In this document: piece after piece, positions 49,500 to 62,399 of the stretch
Numbering within the stretch: position 1 is the stretch's first letter
Layout of the letters: every line of letters starts with the position of its first letter
Origin: Octopus sinensis
Lineage: Eukaryota
NCBI RefSeq assembly: GCF_006345805.1
Contig: NC_043007.1
Span: 4,092,001-4,156,000 of the forward strand
DNA: 64,000 bases
Direction: 5' to 3'
Notes under the pieces: generated by a model
What the model was told of the DNA's origin: nothing
What the model saw: only the letters and a program-made list of their open reading frames with translations
The model's database searches: none
Position numbers and translations under genes: made by a program

Positions 49500-52400
49500 T
49501 TAATGAAAAAGCGTAATAACACCTAGTTGCTACAAACATCAACTTATCCTCAGATCTGACGGACACCAATCTAAACTAACATAATCTTAATTTCACCCAA
49601 GACAAGCTATGAGAGCTGGGATTAACCGAACCAACTGGTTCTAACAACAAACTGATGGTTTAGTTATTTATATTTTTATCTTGCTGTTAAAGGGTAGAAA
49701 AAGAATGCATAAAAAGGGATACATATAAAGGGTAGAAAAGGGATATATAATAATACTACCGCAAGTAGTATCACCATAAAATTCAGAAGTGTTTTATTGA
49801 TTTACAATACAATGACACTCATGGCAAAATCGTTGAAGGTAAATCAGGATCTGATCTAGTTAGATATCTGTTTATCATCCAGTTAATACAACAAAAACTA
49901 AAATTAAATGCTTGTGCTAAGATTAACTTAATTTGAATATAATAACTACTTTTGAGCAAAAATTAACTTAAGCCCAACCAAATCCCCAAATTAAACCCTG
50001 GTACAAAAGGAATTTTTTTCTTTCCATTTTACAATTCTGTATCATAAAGGATTATTAATTCCTCTAATCTGCATTGTTCCTTCTTTTTTTCTTTCTATGA
50101 TGCTGGTTTAGATAAGTATGGGTGCAGATGCATATTGCTATGTAAATGTATATATGCTGGATCTTTTCAGTTGGCAAAGTTGATAAGGTTTCAGATCCAT
50201 GACCTAAATTTCTATGACTCAAATCAAATCTACTGATCTGAAGTCAAATAATTGCTTGATTGTCAGTGAAAAAGAAAATTGAAAATTATGACCAAACATT
50301 TCCTTAGATATTGATGGAATATCTATACCCCGAACCCATTTCTTTTTGGCAATGTTTGGTCCATGTATTGATAACTTTACTATCATAGTTTACAAATCAA
50401 AAATCTTATCTCTTCATGACTTAGGACAAAATAAATGCAGAAGATTTTATAGAAAAATTCAGTGTTACTTGATATTCCATTATAGGCTGGTTAGCTTTCA
50501 TCAATCTTATAGGATGGGCTTGATGTCTCTGCTAAATCTAGAACAGGAGTATTTCGAATAACACTCAGCTGTGTTCTATATTTGGCGACTGAGAAAAATA
50601 CGTCTACCAGATGAAGAACAAAGCACTCATATGAAAAATGACCTATCACCACTGTAGTGATAAATTGTGTTTTAAATATAGTTAGGAAATAACAGGTATT
50701 ATTTTCAGGAATTAACAGATATTATTTTCAAGCCAAATCCAAAAAGTTTGTCTTCATTGATATGACAATCCTAATAATAAATTTTATCTTTGATTAGCCA
50801 TGAAGCCAATTTTTTTGCTAGGGTAGTTGAGTATAAAGGTGCTGACAATTGATGTCAGGACATTACTGGTCTTGCTTAACTTATCAATCCTCAGAGAAAT
50901 AAAAGTCAAAGTTATCCTCAGCACCACAAAATACTGTAAGTTCTTAAGTCTTAAGTATTCTTTGGTTTGATAATAAATCATGGAATAGTGATAAATATTT
51001 CTTATACTGAGGACAGGTAGGTGTTCCTAAGAGATAATCTACTGTAATCCATTAGCCTGTTCTGTGGATGAAGCATTGTTCTAGCAATGCAGTAGATAAC
51101 ACAGAGGTGGAATGGTACATGCAGTGAATGAGGCTATAAGAGCAAAGTCATTGACTGAGGAAAAGTAGAAGGAAAGGGGGTTGGTAAAGAGCAGTACAAA
51201 GCAGTCAGGTGAGAAAGAAAATATTAGGAGTATTTAGCCTGGAGATAAGCTGAGCATGTTAGGTTCTTTAATTTTTGTTTTTAGCCTTTTTTTAAAATAT
51301 GGTTTAGTCTGTTGTGGAACAGTAGCGTTCAAGACTTTTTTCTGGTACTTGACTTTAACAAAAATAGGTAAATAATGTATTCACATAGATTTTAATGCAT
51401 ATTTAATTGGATGTAGTAATTAATATAAACATTTGTATCTATGTAATCCTTACTAACATTAGCACCACTAGCACCAATTCTTTTACCATCACCACCACCA
51501 GCAACATCTACATATGCTATTTTGTTTTTTTTTAATATCTCACTATAGTTGGAATAAGTGTTTAGAAAAACATCCAAATTAAAAGATTTTAAAATTGTGT
51601 GCAAGGACGAAGGTTGTTTTGCAGCATTTTACACCTACCAATATTAGCTACCAATATTATACTATGATAAATCTTGTAAACATATGGGAAACTACCTTAC
51701 TATCAACAATCACTACAGTACTTTAAGGAGTTAACCTAATTGGGTTGCAAGGGCACCTGTGAAAATCCATTCAGTATGTAGTGATTTAATGGACCATTAG
51801 ACTAGAATAGTTTTTCATTGCCTCCTGGGGGAATTGGGATCCAGTCATATAAGATAATGAAACACCTTAAGAATACTTACTTAAAGTTAAGTGAACTTGA
51901 CAGTGGAGAGTCAAGTGCCTTTGCCACAGAAACAATGCAAAAGTGGTAGTAGGCTTGCCAACTCCTCTGCTCCCTATCATCTTGGTAGTTCCTGATCTCT
52001 GTTACATTCTACAAATAGTCAGATTTCAATTTTATAACATGAGGTGAAGACAACTAGGAAATTGCATTGTTCACAAGAACATTCTCATTATAAATCAAGT
52101 GAAATAAATTCAAGCAAGAAATGAAATCCGGTTGCAGATTGAGCTTTTTTCGAGGTAATGTTTCTTCATAATGCTTACTGATTTAGAGAGATTGCTACAT
52201 GGTTGTTCAGAATAAAGATGTAATTTCAGAACAATTATCTGTTTCTTTAATGAATTGGAGCATAAAATATATTTGTTTATCAGCTCATGTGCTACGACTT
52301 GTAAATCCACTTCCAGCGTTTTGGTGTATTTCTGGACAGTTCATCTAACTGTTGGGAATGGTTGCCAGATCAATCGGACTTCAAATTCAGACCAGAGTCT

Positions 52401-52751
52401 ACCAGTTGTTTTGGTCTACTTTGGAGCTGGACTCTCGGTCTGTTATGTGACAGCTGATATGCAACAACCCCTGTCATGGTGAGCTGATATCATACAGGAT
52501 AATCCCAACAAGGTGGACATTAGTCTTTAGTCATTAATGATTTCACCATGTTTGTGTACATGGTGCCTGAGAAGACCTACCCATCTAAGTACCCTAAAAA
52601 CATGGCATTCATGTTTATGCCCCTCTTCCCTACCACTCATCTTCCTAACATACACCCCACCTTCCCTCCACCTGTGTTCACAACCCACTGCATTCTCCTC
52701 CTCCCTTCTATCTTCCACTCTCCTTCCATACTCTTGTGACTCACCTGTACA

Positions 52752-53100
52752 CATCATCATCATCATTTAATGTTCGGTGTCCATGCTGGCATGGGTTGAA
52801 TGGTTTGACCAGATCTAGTAAGCTGAGGGGCTGCACCAGATTCCAGTCTGATCTGGCATGGTTTCTACGGCTGGATACCATTCCTAATGACAACTACCTC
52901 GAGAGTGTAATGGATGCCTTTATGTGCCACAAGCATGGGTTTGCATGGCATCAACATCCGCCACGACTACAATTTCATTTGGCTTGATGGGTCGTCTTCT
53001 TCTCAAGCACAGCATATTGCCAAAGGTCTCAATCATTTGTCATTGCCTCAGTGAGACTCAACACTTGAAAGATGCTTTTTACATGACACCAGCATTGGTC
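52752..53100 (-). mobile_element. RTE LINE 3' end including ORF2 terminus
   Basis: The minus frame reads FQVLSLTEAMTND*DLWQYAVLEKKTTHQAK*, followed by the RTE tail and (GAT)n. Confidence 0.8.
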
Positions 53101-53194
53101 ACACTGCCTCACGGATGTATCAGTTAGCCATTGGCAGTGAATATGCTAACTGGTAAACTACCAGGTGTATACCATATGCTTAATAAACTAACAT

Positions 53195-53383
53195 CGCCCT
53201 GTTCAAGCCTAGCCAGGCTCATGGGCCCGGTTTCCCAGTTTCTATGGTGTATGTGTTCCTCCAGCTGGACGGGACACCAGTCCATTGCAGCATTACTCAA
53301 GAAACAGGAAGAGAGAGTGAAAGAAAGTTGGGGCGAAAGAGTACAACAGGGGTCGCCACAACCCCCTGCCGGAGCCTCATGGA
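53195..53383 (-). mobile_element. SINE-like repeat with V-domain-like motif
   Basis: Minus strand TGCAATGGACTGGTGTCCCGTCCAGC resembles the V-SINE motif GCGATGGACTGGCGTCCCGTCCAGG. It is a CpG-retaining block. Confidence 0.45.
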
Positions 53384-53844
53384 GTTAATTAACTACTAAA
53401 TATATATATGTCATTGCAATAGTGTGTCTCACAGTAACTCAGTAGAGTGGAGGACTGTTGTGTAATATTTTTATTTATTTATTTATGAATTTGATAATTT
53501 ACACGATTACTTCTTGAAATTTCTCATTTTGTTCACTTGTTTAGATGGCAAAAATAACAAATCATTTAAATTATATAAATTCCACAATATGTAGAGTATT
53601 CTTTTCTCCCATTCATATATATAGTTACACACACACAATGTTAATAGATTCCAATTGCTTGATGAACAGATTGGCTTACTTATTGAATTAGTGTGTAAAC
53701 GGCTGAGTGTTCCACAGACATTGTGCCCATAACATAGTTTTCAGGGAGAATCTGCTGACTCTTTGAATAAAATACAATCCATTTCCTAAGCTTTCAAGCA
53801 GTTCCCATCTATCCAGATTCACTCACTTGCTTCAATACAAAACT

Positions 53845-53945
53845 ACAGTGAAAGACACTTGTCCCAATTGCCATGTAGTGGAATCGAACCTGGAACCTCT
53901 TGATTGATAAACAAGCTTCTAAACCATACAACTATGTCTATGTTC
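53845..53945 (-). mobile_element. Family B CORE-SINE 5' fragment
   Basis: Reverse complement reads GCTGTATGGTTTAGAAGCTTG...GGTTCGATTCCACTACATGGCAATTGGGACAAGTGTCTT. Confidence 0.7.
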
Positions 53946-54644
53946 ATATATGAATGTGTGTACATCTGTGTGAATGTTTTCAATTTTGGCTGAACTTCAG
54001 CTACAAACAGTGACTTTACCATCTGCAGCTCAGTTACAAGGGATGATGTCACCATTTGTGACTGGACTGTAATTGCTGCTGTTTGTTGACATTCCCCTGG
54101 CGACTAGTCATCTGTTAGCTCTGCACTTTCGAATTCCTCTGGAATGGAAAATGTCTCTTCCTTGAAAAACAGGCAATAGCATTCATCTATAAAAACCTGT
54201 CTCAATGCCTTCCATACAAGCCACAGTGTAGAATGAAACAAGCAAACACCAATACATTTACAGCAGGATTATAATGGATTTTTATGTGAAATATATTTAG
54301 TTGTGATCTGAGTAAAGATTGTAGGTGCAGCTGAAAATCCTTGAGCTCACAACTACCTCTTTCACTTCTTGCACTATGATGCAGGTCAATTATCATTTGC
54401 CACTATATTTAAGGAAAAAAAATTAAGTATGGCATTTCAACTTTTGCTTGACAGAATATTGTCGTGACTTCTCTCTGCAAAGCACAATATCATGACACAG
54501 TCACTACATGTCTCAAGTTTTGCACTTCATGACTTCCAAGACATGAGAAATATACCTTAGACTCATCAAAATATAGAAACTGCTTGACTTTACAACAATC
54601 TCTGAAGATTTCTCATAGCAATTTCACAAATGGCAAATAATAAT

Positions 54645-54860
54645 CTTTTCTGCTTTAGGCACAAGGCCTGAAATTTTGGGGGAGGGAGCCAGTCAGTTAG
54701 ATCGACCCTAGTACACAAGTGGTACTTAATTTATTGATCCTGAAAGGATGAAAGGCAAAGTTGACCTCGGTGGAATTTGAACTCAAAACATAAAGACAGA
54801 CAAAATACCGCTAAGCATTTTGTCTGGCGTGCTAACGTTTCTGCCAGCTCATCACCTTAA
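54645..54860 (-). mobile_element. Family A SINE (tail type 1) with TSD
   Basis: Full head and core. GCAAATAATAAT at 54633-54644 and 54864-54875. Confidence 0.85.
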
Positions 54861-55359
54861 ACAGCAAATAATAATACTACTAAAACCACACAGCAAAGGC
54901 TACTTTTCTTCAGGTTCAGAAAATAGTTAAGCTAAGCCTTGTGCATGTGACTGATCCTCTACAAAGCTCAAATGCCATCTACATTAGAGTACTGCTCACA
55001 TACCTGAGAAGGTGATACTGCAAGATATAAAAATATTGTAGACTATATCTAAAAATTCAAGTAAAGTGCCCTCTGGCTGATTGGCAAAGACTCCCTTAGC
55101 TACAATAATGAAACCATGGATTTCCTGTCATCTTTCCTTCTATTAAAGGCTGTATTTCATTGGCTACTTTGAATTAATACACTGTGTACCATCTATGCCT
55201 AAGTCTACCTAATACACCTGCCCAAGAAAATTTAAGCAGAATATCACTACTTAACTTTACCAGTTTTGGATGGCTTGCAAAGGTACCATGGTACTTTCCT
55301 CAGATAAATCACACATATGCATGCACACCGTGTGTGTATATGTATATACATGTGTATAA

Positions 55360-55520
55360 GCACCCAGTACACTTTGTAAAGTGGTTGGCATTAGGAAGTG
55401 TATCCAGCTGTAGAAACCATTCCAAAACAGACAATTGGAGCCTGGATAGTTCTCTGGTTGACAAGTTCCTGTCAAACCTCCAACCCACGCCAGCATGGAA
55501 AATGGACGTTAAATGATAAC
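55360..55520 (+). mobile_element. RTE LINE 3' tail
   Basis: GTGGTTGGCATTAGGAAGTGTATCCAGCTGTAGAAACC...CCAACCCACGCCAGCATGGAAAATGGACGTTAAATGA. Confidence 0.8.
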
Positions 55521-57699
55521 ATAAATGATAATGCCAGGATGTTAAATGATAACACTGCTGCTGTTGCTGATGAGGTATATATATATATGTATGTGTGGAA
55601 GTGTGTGTGAGTAATTAAGGGAGAGCATATTTGATGAATAATAAAGTTTGTGTGGAAAAAGAGTGATGAATGTCAATGTAAAAAGGACTTCTAGGGTGGA
55701 AATGGTGGTGGTAGATAGCTTAGGTGGGTGCAGTGGATACCAAGAGATACAATGTATTCTTTCCACTCAGGTTTTCCTTCCATCTTTGAGATTTCTGCTT
55801 CATTTCTTCTACATTTTATACCACAAGAGCTAAGTCATAAGTATATAGAAGATCCTAAAGACAGCCAGTCATAAATTCTTGTTATTACCTGGAGAACTGT
55901 GATAAATAAGAAGGAATTGGAAAGTGAGCCCTAATGGAGCCCTCTCTGCCTGCTAAATTCATCACTGATTCTCACCTTAGCTAATGTGGCACTCAAAGCT
56001 ATTCTTCTACTAGTTTCCTTAGTGATCACCAGATAGCAAAACAAGAGATCCTGTCTTAGGCCTTCCCTAGAAGACTAACGCTTGGTGGGAGGGTTTATTC
56101 CAAATTAAGTACTTTTCTTGCAGTTGTCTGACAAGAAGGAGGGTATCAGTGGTGTCCCTTCCTGACACAAAGCTAAACTGTATTTCATCCAGGCCAGTGC
56201 TTTCCTAACAAGTTTTGCCCTGAACCCTATCTATGACATTTATAACTTGTCCAATAGCTTGATCCCTCTGTGGCTTTCCTTACTCTTAGCAATTTGCTGT
56301 CTTTTGCTTTTGTAACAGTTTATAACGATACTGCAACATTAGTCATTGGGTATGACACCTTACTTGTGATATCTGACTGACATACATGAATGTGCACTTG
56401 TGTGTACGCACACACAAGTATGTATGTGTTTACATTTTTCTAGGATCAATCTTATTTAGTACATTATATATAAATTCAAGATTTAGAAGGTGGGGGGGAT
56501 AAACTAAATCATACAACTACAACAACAACAAACAAAATATAAGTTAGAAACACAGTAAAAGAAGTAATTTTAAATTAAACACAATAAAACTAACGGCAAC
56601 AACACCATCACCACAAGAACAACAAACGTGACAACAACAACAACAACAAATGGCAAACACCCATAATTTTTGTTTCCACTGAATGGCTTCTTTATATGAT
56701 TCCAGAACCATATTTTTAATTGGAAACCCTATTGGTTACATATTTTTAACTTATCTATTTCTGGCATAGGAAAAAACAAAAAAAAAAAAACAGAAAATAG
56801 TATAAAGAAAAACAAAGTTTGAAGGAAAGAAGAAAATAACGATAATAATAATGATAATATTGATAATGAAAAAGATGATGATGTAACTGTGAGTGTGTGT
56901 TTCTATAAAAATTTAATTCATTTCTGGAACATTTTCGAAGAATCTTTCCAATTAAAAATAAGAATGTATGGTTTTATGTGTGCGTGCATGCACGCGCATG
57001 CATGTATGTGTGTGTGCACATGTGTGTGTGAGCAAGTGTAAATGTTTGTGCATGCTTGCATATATATGATTGTATACAATTACAAGTATATTTGAATATC
57101 TGTATGCATATATAATGTAATGTAAAAAGACACATAAATATGTTTATACTCTCATCTACATACACTCACACACACAACACAAACTTATATTTGCCTCTGT
57201 GTGTCCCATGCATGTGTGAGCATACACATGCATACCTATGTCATATAGTCATGCACAGATGAAATACGCAATCACACACACAAATTTATCCAGTCATACC
57301 TAGCTATGAATATATTTATTATTTGTTCATGTATTTTCCTATAGAGATAATCATACTAACACCTTATTTCCTCATCGCAATATTTACATGTTGCTATCTT
57401 TTATACAATACAAGACAAACTGATAGACAATGTAAATTTCATCAAGTGATCACTGCAGAGTTGTGATATCTCTCACTGAACCAGCTTCACAATTTGGCTT
57501 CTCAGCTCAAGTGATTTTTCACTTTGCTTCTCTAATACATGCCATTGGGAGGCACATTAATGTCATAATGCCCATTTATTTTCTCTCCTAAAACTCCCTA
57601 TTTACAGTCATACCATTGTCTCTTATTGGTTAATCTGAAGTTGGTGGATAGTGTATATAACCTTTTTAGATTCTAGTTAAACCAAAAGGTATGGATAAT

Positions 57700-57870
57700 T
57701 GGATGGTGCTATTGTTGTTTAGCCCCAGGTCATCCTGCATGAGCAGACTTATGATCAAGTTATTCTAGCTATGACCATCCTGTCCTTTTTGTGATTATAT
57801 AGGATGACATTATCTCTATGCTCTTTCTTATTTAAGTCAATAAGGTGTGCTTGCTATTTTTAGCATCAAG
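57700..57870 (-). mobile_element. Family E retroposon end
   Basis: TTGTTGTTTAGCCCCAGGTCA...AGCAGACTTATGATCAA...GCTATGACCATCC is the reverse complement of the family E tail. Confidence 0.6.
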
Positions 57871-58334
57871 CAACTCTGTAGAAGTGATTTTATTATTAAC
57901 CAAGTTTGCATTCAGTTTAAACAAAATTTGGAGAAAGCAGTGAAAAACCAGTCCAGTGACATAGTAATTAATGCCCAGAAATATGCTATTTAAAAAAATA
58001 AGGTTTTAAATACATAAAACCTTAGACACTACTATGTGATTGATTGTTATCATTTTCCCAGATATGTTTCTCAATGCCTCCACACCTAAAGCCCACAAAT
58101 ATCTTTATCCATGAAGAATACTGTCTAAACACCCGGAGATGTTTACACATCATCACTAATAAGAAGGTATTTAATTACCATCACAGTACCTGATGATCAT
58201 TAAGTAATAAAGCATCATTTATTCATAACAATGCTTACAAGCTCTGTCCCCTATAAAATTATAGCTGACTTCCAGTTCTTTGCTAAGACAGTCCCTATTT
58301 GTGTAGCAGAATCTTCCTATCCTCTATTTGGCTT

Positions 58335-59530
58335 TCTTTCAGTGTCGTGTCCAGAATATAGGACATGTTCTGCCACAATTCCCTGTTCTTTGTTTTCTGT
58401 AACAGTTCCACTTCCTGATGTTTAATGCCTCTTTCTTCCAACCAATTCCTCAAGCTTGACATCCATGCTTTTTTTTCTCTTTGATCTTTTCAGTCGTCAC
58501 TAAGTTCTCTTGGCCCTCATTCCTCATCACATGACCAAGAAATCCCACTTGCTTGACTCTTGTCTCATGAAGCAGTTTCCTATTTACCACAGTCTGGGTC
58601 ATCCCTTCTTCATTAAACACTTTGTCTGTCCATACTATCCTCAATATTCTTCTTCAGAACCACATTTCACAGCTCTCCAAGCCCCTTCTCATTTCTGATG
58701 TTATAGACCATGCTTCCCTTCCATTTATTAACACAGGATAAACATAACAGTTCAGTATATGGATCCTGGTCTTGATGTTCAGAGTACAGTTTCTTAAGAT
58801 ATCATACAATTTTGAGAATGCAAATTTTGCCAGCACTCTCCACCGTTTGATCTCCTTCACACATCTTGTATCTTCTGTGATCAAAATTCCAAGGTAGCCG
58901 AAGGACGATATCTGATTAATGGTTTAACTGTTCACTTTCAGCTTGCACTTTTGGCTTCCCTTCTTTGTCACCACCATACACTGTGTATTCTTGTAATTTA
59001 TGAACAGATCCTTCCTCTCACTTTTACTGATACTACATCCAGAAGTCTCTGAAATTCCTTTTCTGATTCTGCAAGTAATACGGTGTCATCTGCATATCTT
59101 ATGTTTGTGATGTCTCTGCTTCCTACTCTGAGACCTTTTCCCTTCTCCAGTTCCCTTGTGATCAATTTGCAATAATAATTGAAGAGATCTGGGGACATAA
59201 CACATCTACTGATGCTAGTGTAGTTACTGTATTCTCCACTCACCTTTATGCACGCTTATTAGTTCCAGTACAGGCTCTGCAAATTTCAGAATCTTTCCTT
59301 TGCATACCAAGGTTACTGAATTCTTCAAATATTATGTCATGTCTTCGTTTGTTGAAGGCCTTCATGAAATCTATGAAACACATGACAACATCTTTTTGTA
59401 TCTCCGTTGCCCGTTCCATTATCATTCTCAATACAAAAACAGCATTCCTGATAACACCACCCTTTACAAAGCCAAACAGTTCAATTCCAATCCCAGGTGT
59501 TATTCTGCTTCATGAGACCAATCACTAAAA
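58335..59530 (-). mobile_element. RTE-clade (BovB/RTE-like) LINE, 5'-truncated RT-to-end fragment, frameshifted
   Basis: CFIDFMKAFNK, CVMSPDLFN, ITNIRYADDTVLLAES (YADD), YPVLINGREAWSI and GFLGHVMRNEG. It is a distinct family from the RTE 3' ends with GAT tails. Confidence 0.9.
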
Positions 59531-59574
59531 CGAATCTATAATTATCCCTCCTGCAGATTAACTCTTTTATAACA

Positions 59575-59730
59575 GACTTTCTGTGTGGTTGAAAAGTTTG
59601 GTTCCCAGCCATATGGTATCAGGTTCAGCCCTATGGCATGGCACCGTTGGGTATGTGTCTTCTACTACAGACCCAGGATGACCAAAGTATCATGAGTAAA
59701 TTTGGTACAGAGAAACAGAAAAGAAGCCTG
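59575..59730 (+). mobile_element. Family B CORE-SINE 5' part
   Basis: CTGTGTGGTTGAAAAGTTTGG...GGTTCAGCCC...TGGCACCGTTGGGTATGTGTCTTCTACTA. Confidence 0.65.
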
Positions 59731-59939
59731 ACATCAATCACTTTCTTCTGTGTAACCATGGTAATCTGCTTGCTACTTTTCTCTTAATGTCAGTATTTTT
59801 GCCTCATGAAATTTATATATTTTATGTATTAAAGCTGTCTTTTTAAGCATTGTCCTTAATTTAATAGACTTCTTTAATGTAATATTGTCTATCTCTCTTT
59901 TGTCCCATGTGCTTTCCATGTCATTGAATTCATCTCTTA

Positions 59940-60185
59940 TTTCATAACCCTCACTCTTTCTCTCTCTCTCTCTTCCTTAACCCTTCTCTCTCTTAATCCT
60001 CTCTCTCTTCCCCTCCCTTAACCCTCTCTCTCTCCCTTAACCCTCTCTCCCACTTTCTCCCTACCTCTCTCCTCTCCCCTTCTCTGTTCGTCCGTTCATC
60101 CCCCTCTTCCCATCTGTCCCTTCTCTCTGTCCCTCCTCTTTCTCCCTCTCCCCCTCTCTCCATCTCTCTCGCCCTCCTCCTCCCT
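59940..60185. repeat. CT-rich polypyrimidine low-complexity tract
   Basis: CT runs punctuated by TTAACCC motifs. Confidence 0.85.
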
Positions 60186-60194
60186 CATTTGAAA

Positions 60195-60345
60195 GGTTCT
60201 GAGGCTTGCAATGTGTTCCTGAGAGAGATTTGACTTCTTTTTCCAACTGACTAAGTAACCATGTTGAGGTTTCTCCTTCATCTTTCATAAATGTTTTTGT
60301 GGCTCTCGCTTGTTTGCAATGCACCCACCCATTCTTGCCTCCCAC
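60195..60345 (-). mobile_element. Possible L1/Tx1-type ORF2 fragment
   Basis: KQARATKTFMKDEGETSTWLLSQLEK loosely resembles RSRA.W.EEGEKSTKYF.NLEK. Confidence 0.3.
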
Positions 60346-60679
60346 CATGTATACTGGAAATCCTTCTCCTATCCTCCCAACCTCCTCACCTATATTGCCA
60401 TCCTACCAACAATGGTAATGTGTTGATATAAAAGGCACAGCAAACAGCCATAACATTCACAATGTAAGTGAATGAAGAATACTTAACAGTTATTTATTTA
60501 TTTATATATTGATAATAAAGTACACCTTTTGTGACAGATGCTGCAAATGTGAAAAATGATGGTAAACTACAGCACAACCCTTATTCCTCACAGGTGTATA
60601 TGTATTCATGTAGTAATGAACAAGCCACTAGACCATATTCCTACCTACATTAGACCTGCCTGTTCTTGTGTATTCCAAA

Positions 60680-61130
60680 ACTGTAGGGCTGCAGCCATAA
60701 ACATGGGCAGGGTGATAAGTATGTTTAAGATTGTGGAAGTGCTGAAACAGAGACAAGTAGATGTATGCTGTGTGCAAAAGGTAAGGTGGAAAGGATCCTC
60801 AGCCAAATTCCTCATGGGCAAAAGACAGATACAAATTGTACTGAGTAATAGTGATAGTAGTGATGAAGACAGCATACTGTCAACTGAAAAATGGATAGAA
60901 AAGGTGATAGAGGTAGTTAGTGTATGCAATAGGATAATCAAGATGAGACTAGTTATAGACCACACATTAGCGACACTTTTCTCAGCATATGCTCTATATG
61001 TGGAATTAACAGACATACAGAAGGAACAATTCTATGACGCCCTTCTGCAGGGTTCTTTAATGATGACTGACAGTGACATCATCAGGATGGCTGGCAACTT
61101 CAGTACTCATGTTGGCCAAAGTGCCTAAGG
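60680..61130 (+). mobile_element. RTE LINE APE endonuclease fragment
   Basis: IVEVLKQRQVDVCCVQKVRWKGSSAK...EKWIEKVIEVVSVCNRIIKMRLVI...SAYA...KEQFYD...AGNFSTHVG (cf. RxVDICC.QE.RW.G, SAYAPQ.G, GDFNGHVG). Confidence 0.85.
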
Positions 61131-61559
61131 CTTCTACAACATCCATGGAGGATTGCCTTAGAGAGGAACAGTTATAGAGCACACTAATATTTATTTCTCA
61201 GTGTGGATATACTCTAATCTATGGAAATATACAACTGTATGTTCTTTTCACAGGAAGGGTAACCTCTCTAAACCTGCCAACTTCCTTTTCTCTACTCAGA
61301 AACTAACAATATAGTTTTTATACAGCCAGATCTACACCACAAATCAATAGTCTCTTGTTTTTGAGAATTAAGCTGGCTCTAATTTTTTTTTTAATACAAT
61401 CACTGCACTTTTGAAGGAAACAGCCATGCACTATAAATAAACATCATGCAACTAAAATTTATAAACATGCATAATGTTGCCGAGAGTAAAAACTTTTCTT
61501 GTGACTTCAGCTCCAAACACCACTGTTTCTGTATCACTCTCAAGCAATATGCACCCAGT

Positions 61560-62340
61560 CATTGCTTGCTGCCTGAACATTTCAACCTTTTTTCTCTCCA
61601 GTCTTTTGAATAAGAAATGGTATATCCAATCCTTAAATTAAAAAATACATACTCTCAAAGACTGCCAAATATTGGCCTGTTGATTGTATTTCCAAGACTT
61701 CAAACATGTTGGGTTGATGATCTTATTCTTCATTCAAGTCTTTCTCCTTGGTGATCATATTTTTCTTTTTGTGTATCAATGATCTGCTCAATGTGGCTTG
61801 CACTTTTATTTGATCTTCCACATATCGATGTCATTCATATATAACTAGACTTTTGGCATTCAACCTGCAGTAATTTTGTGATCAGAAATTTTGAAATCGT
61901 TAGGCTATGAGGACATGACAACTTTATCACATCTGACAGATTTAAGACTCAGTCAGTATACATACCAAGGAAACTTTCAACATTAGATATTCTCTACTCA
62001 TGATAAACACAGAACTAAAAATCTCTACAACTTCACAATCTCTGATGTTCTTCCATAGCAACCATATTGCTATAACTTATTCAAAACTCTTTCTGGAAGT
62101 AAATGTGTTCTCTTGGGGCCAGATATTATTTCAGCTTTAAACAATTAAATCTCTTCAAGACATACATGTTGCATGCTAGAATACTGTTCATGTATCTTGG
62201 ACGGTGCATCTGCTACATGCACTCATTCGATCATTTCATTAAGAAAGGACTCTTCTACTTGACTGCAACCACTGGTACACCAACTTTTTCTGAACTTAAA
62301 AGCTGTTTATCATCCCTTTCTAAAGTGGAAGTCAATGTTG
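61560..62340 (+). mobile_element. Highly decayed CR1/Jockey-type RT remnant
   Basis: Reads approximately LLGDHIF..CINDLL near 61740-61790 (cf. VLGP.LFL.YINDL). The preceding VYPILK...YSQRLPNIG resembles V.PI.K...NYRPI. Boundaries are approximate. Confidence 0.45.
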
Positions 62341-62399
62341 ATATCAATAATGATTGATGATGATGATTATGATATTAACATTGACATTTCACTGTATAT

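Noticed and set aside
54000-54400. Coding-like minus-strand frame (GFSAAPTIFTQ...LWLVWKALRQVFIDE...) resembling DIRS RT or a membrane-protein tail
   Set aside because: In-frame stops, only a faint motif match and no usable acceptor, so it cannot be assigned.
59970-60050. TTAACCC motifs as interstitial telomere repeats
   Set aside because: Isolated motifs separated by CT runs, not tandem (TTAGGG)n or (TTAGG)n.
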